Shown here: positions 61,069 through 64,000 of the stretch, piece by piece
Position numbering within the stretch: position 1 is the first letter of the stretch
Layout: the number at the start of each line of letters is the position of its first letter
DNA from: Azolla caroliniana
Lineage: Eukaryota > Plantae > Polypodiophyta
Assembly (NCBI GenBank): GCA_043228905.1
Contig: JBHGNT010000014.1
Span: forward strand, 5,022,001-5,086,000
Direction: 5' to 3'
DNA: 64,000 bases
The notes under the pieces: model-generated
The model's database searches: none
What the model saw: the letters and a program-made list of their open reading frames with translations, nothing else
Told to the model about the DNA's origin: nothing
Made by a program: the position numbers and the translations under genes

Positions 61069-64000
61069 TGTCGCAACCGCCGGGGTTTTGTGACTCGGGG
61101 ATGATCATGCAGATGGTGCAATGACAAGAAGCCGAGAAAGCAAGATTGATACGACGTTTTCCCGAAAAGAAATTTATTTGTAAAACACCACTTACAATAT
61201 TTATTTGCCAAAAGTTACTTAACAACACTTGAACTTACAACCTCTATTTGAGAAGAAGCATTCGAGAAAGACCACTTCAACTTATTTCATTTCCATTTAT
61301 TCTAGTCTCTTTCTCCTTATATTACAAAATTTGTTTACCAAGTTCGCACAACCATTTGTTTGCAAAGAGGCATTTGAGATACACCACTTCAACATCTTGG
61401 TTTTCTTCTTTTCTCTTTCTTTTCTTACTATTTCTCTTATGTTCAATAGGCCCCTAGCTTCATGAGCAACCTCTACATCTCTTCTTCTTGCGAGCTTCCT
61501 CCCTCCCTCCCTCCCTCCCTCCCTCCCTTCCTTCTCTCCCTTCTTCTTCTCCTCTTCCTTTTTCCCGCTCTACCCTTTCTCTTTAGCCACCATGGGCATG
61601 GCTTTTATAGGGTGGTCAACCGCCCTACCACCCTCTTGAGGCGGTTGACAGACCGCCTCATGCAAGTGGTTATTTTATTATTTTATTTGTAAATTTTACA
61701 AATTCAATTTTGTAGTTGTACATTTGAGAAACTACAAAAATGGCCCTTATTTAATTTCGAATCCCCCTTTTTACATAATTACATTTGTGTCCTGAGTTGC
61801 ATTAGTCCTTCCGAAGCTTGTATCTTGGGCGTCTGAACTCCGATTCACAAACAAAAAATTCCTACATGCTCCTCGTCATAAGCTCCAGACGGGAAATGTA
61901 CTTCTATAGATTTTTGACATTGTTTTGACATCGTGAAGCAACAACTTCACGACACCCACCCCCTCTGAACTTGCACACCTATGGGTGAGTTCACACCACT
62001 TAAAAAAAATTCATCCTCATTTTCTATGAAATTAGGTTCGGTTTCTTCTCTTCTTTTAAAAATCTTTATTCTTTTCCCTGCAATCAACGTCTGTATCTCA
62101 GTCCCATCCAACTTGTTCAAGGAGTAGGTAGCCTTATCAGTCACCTTCCGTACTTCGTAAGGCCCAAACTACTGTTTTGCGAACTTCCTCATTGTACTGT
62201 ATTGGTTCTCGAGGCTACTGTCCAGTACTAACACCCAGTCTCCTTCTTGAATCTTTCATGGTCGTAATCTGTTTACTTTGTCAAATCTTGCTTTGTTCTT
62301 TATTCGAGCTTCCTTCAATTTCTTAGCAGCCTTTTCTACAACTTCTGCTTGACATTGTAGTTGTTGGATACGAACAACTAGCAAGTCTTCTCTACTCATC
62401 TCCGACTCCCATGGTAGCATTGCCCATGTAGCAATCTTCTCTTCAATCGGCATCACTGGCCTTTGTCCTGTCATGAGCTCTATCAGCATATATCCTGTCA
62501 CCGAACTATGTGTGGTCCTATCCGCCCACAATGCATATGGCAAGACCTTCGGCCAATTACCTACTTTACCTTTGCATGTCTTTGCAAGTGCTTTAACTAT
62601 CGGGCTATGACCTCTTTCTACCTTTCCATTTGCCTCAGGATTATATGATGTTGTCAATCTACATACTATATCCTCTAATATGAATTGACATACTACCGAC
62701 GTGGTCTTCCTTCAACTTGATTTGTAAGGTCTTCTCTAGCAAGTACCAAGAACTTCTTTTGACCTGTCCCCATTGGCATTGCCACTATATCTACAATCCA
62801 TTTGTAATATATAGTCGGCGAGTAGTTCGGGTGCAACTCATCTCTATGCTTAATGTTGGCGTAGATTTGACAGGTTGGGCATGTCTCGACAGATTTGACA
62901 GGTTGGGCATGTAGAATCCTGGCCATCGGTATCTTTCCTTTATTTTGCTGAATGTTTCCCAGACTCCACGGTGTCCGGCCCACTCCTTGTCATGTAATTC
63001 CTTTTATATCTGTTCCCGCTGCACTTGGACACAAATAACCCGTTGTGGACTTCCCATTTTACACTTTGGGCGCTTCCAAAGGTAACCTTGATGCAAGAAA
63101 AATCGGTGTGCCTTCTTTCAGAAATTTGAGAAGTTTCTCCCACTCAAAGTTCCTTCCTTCCATGGTGCTTGTAGATACTTCCCGATTTCCTTAAACTCTT
63201 CATTATATTCTTCTTCTTTAAACTCATGTTCTTCATGTGGCTCACCCCCTCTAATTGCATTTATGGCTAAAGCTGATTCTTCTTCGTCACTATCTGATTC
63301 TGCCACTTCCTCATTTTCGTATTTCGCTCTAGACAACATATCAGCTATTGCGTTCTTCTCACCAGATATATGTCGAACTTCTGGGTTGATGGTTTTGATG
63401 TAGACACACACCACCTAAGCATTGCTTGGTTTGGAATATTGCAATTTGCAATAATCCCAAGAATTGGCAAGCAATCAGTCTCCACGATCACCTCTACACC
63501 AACTAGATAGTCCCTATCCGTCTTGATAGCGATGACTATCCCCCAAAGCTCTCTCTTCACTTGTGCATACTTTTTTTGACGTACACTAAGTACCTTCGCA
63601 CCAAACCGAATCAGATGTCTTTCTCCTTCCTTATCTTGTTGGCTTATCACCCACCCGATTCCAATTGCACTTGAATCAACTGTAAGGATTATCGGTAGGG
63701 TGTAGTAAGGTTGTTTCAAAGCAGGAGCTTTCGTCAAATTCTCCTTCAGGCTTATAATTTCATTTGAGTGTTCTTCTGTCCACTCGGATCTGATACGTGG
63801 GCATAATGTGGAATCCACTTGCAATAGAAGACACATGCACCCAAGAACCTCCGAACTTCAGATACAGAGTTGCATTCCTCTTTCATATTCTGTATTGCAT
63901 TAATCTTCGCTGGTGCTGGCTTGGTTTTGTATGGCCCACACATATTTCCTACCACTAGTACTTCTTAAACCCCGAATATTGATTTTGGAGCCGAAAGTGT
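61069..64000 (-). mobile_element. Gypsy (Phygy-like, diverged subfamily): 3' LTR, integrase, RNase H; extends out of the window
   Basis: LTR 61069-61954 (TGTCGC...CACGACA) followed by a PPT; INT (YNPEANGKVERGH) and RH (KNAIADMLSR, VDSS..GIGW) fragments. Confidence 0.9.

Noticed and set aside
61069-61228. N-terminal 53 aa of the 373-aa ORF as part of the PLE protein
   Set aside because: It lies inside the inserted Gypsy LTR; the read-through is fortuitous.

Overview
This is a eukaryotic, plant-type heterochromatic window made almost entirely of nested transposable elements. The families (Bryco-like and Tork-like Copia, tRNA-Trp-primed Phygy-like Gypsy, a Tcn1-like chromovirus) suggest a moss such as Physcomitrium; that is inference, not verified. 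I found no convincing host gene. Two nests can be rebuilt from LTR termini and target-site duplications (TSDs). Nest 1 (about 0.6-21.5 kb): an old Copia is split by a younger Copia of the same family and by a Gypsy (3909-19175). That Gypsy holds a hAT non-autonomous element, solo LTRs and a gag-only non-autonomous Gypsy. Nest 2 (about 22-51 kb): an RTE/RTEX-like LINE remnant is split by a Gypsy (22597-50528), which holds two Tork-like Copia copies, solo LTRs and a chromovirus. Further right are a tRNA-derived SINE interrupted by a Tc1/mariner non-autonomous element, then old AT-rich DNA. The most unusual item is a Penelope-like retroelement on the minus strand (about 59457-61068). It has an uninterrupted RT and thumb with no C-terminal endonuclease, tandem copies of its own 3' coding end, a minimal hammerhead ribozyme, an AATAAA signal and a (CT)n tail. 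Its 5' part is cut off by another Gypsy that runs out of the window. All coordinates were read by eye.
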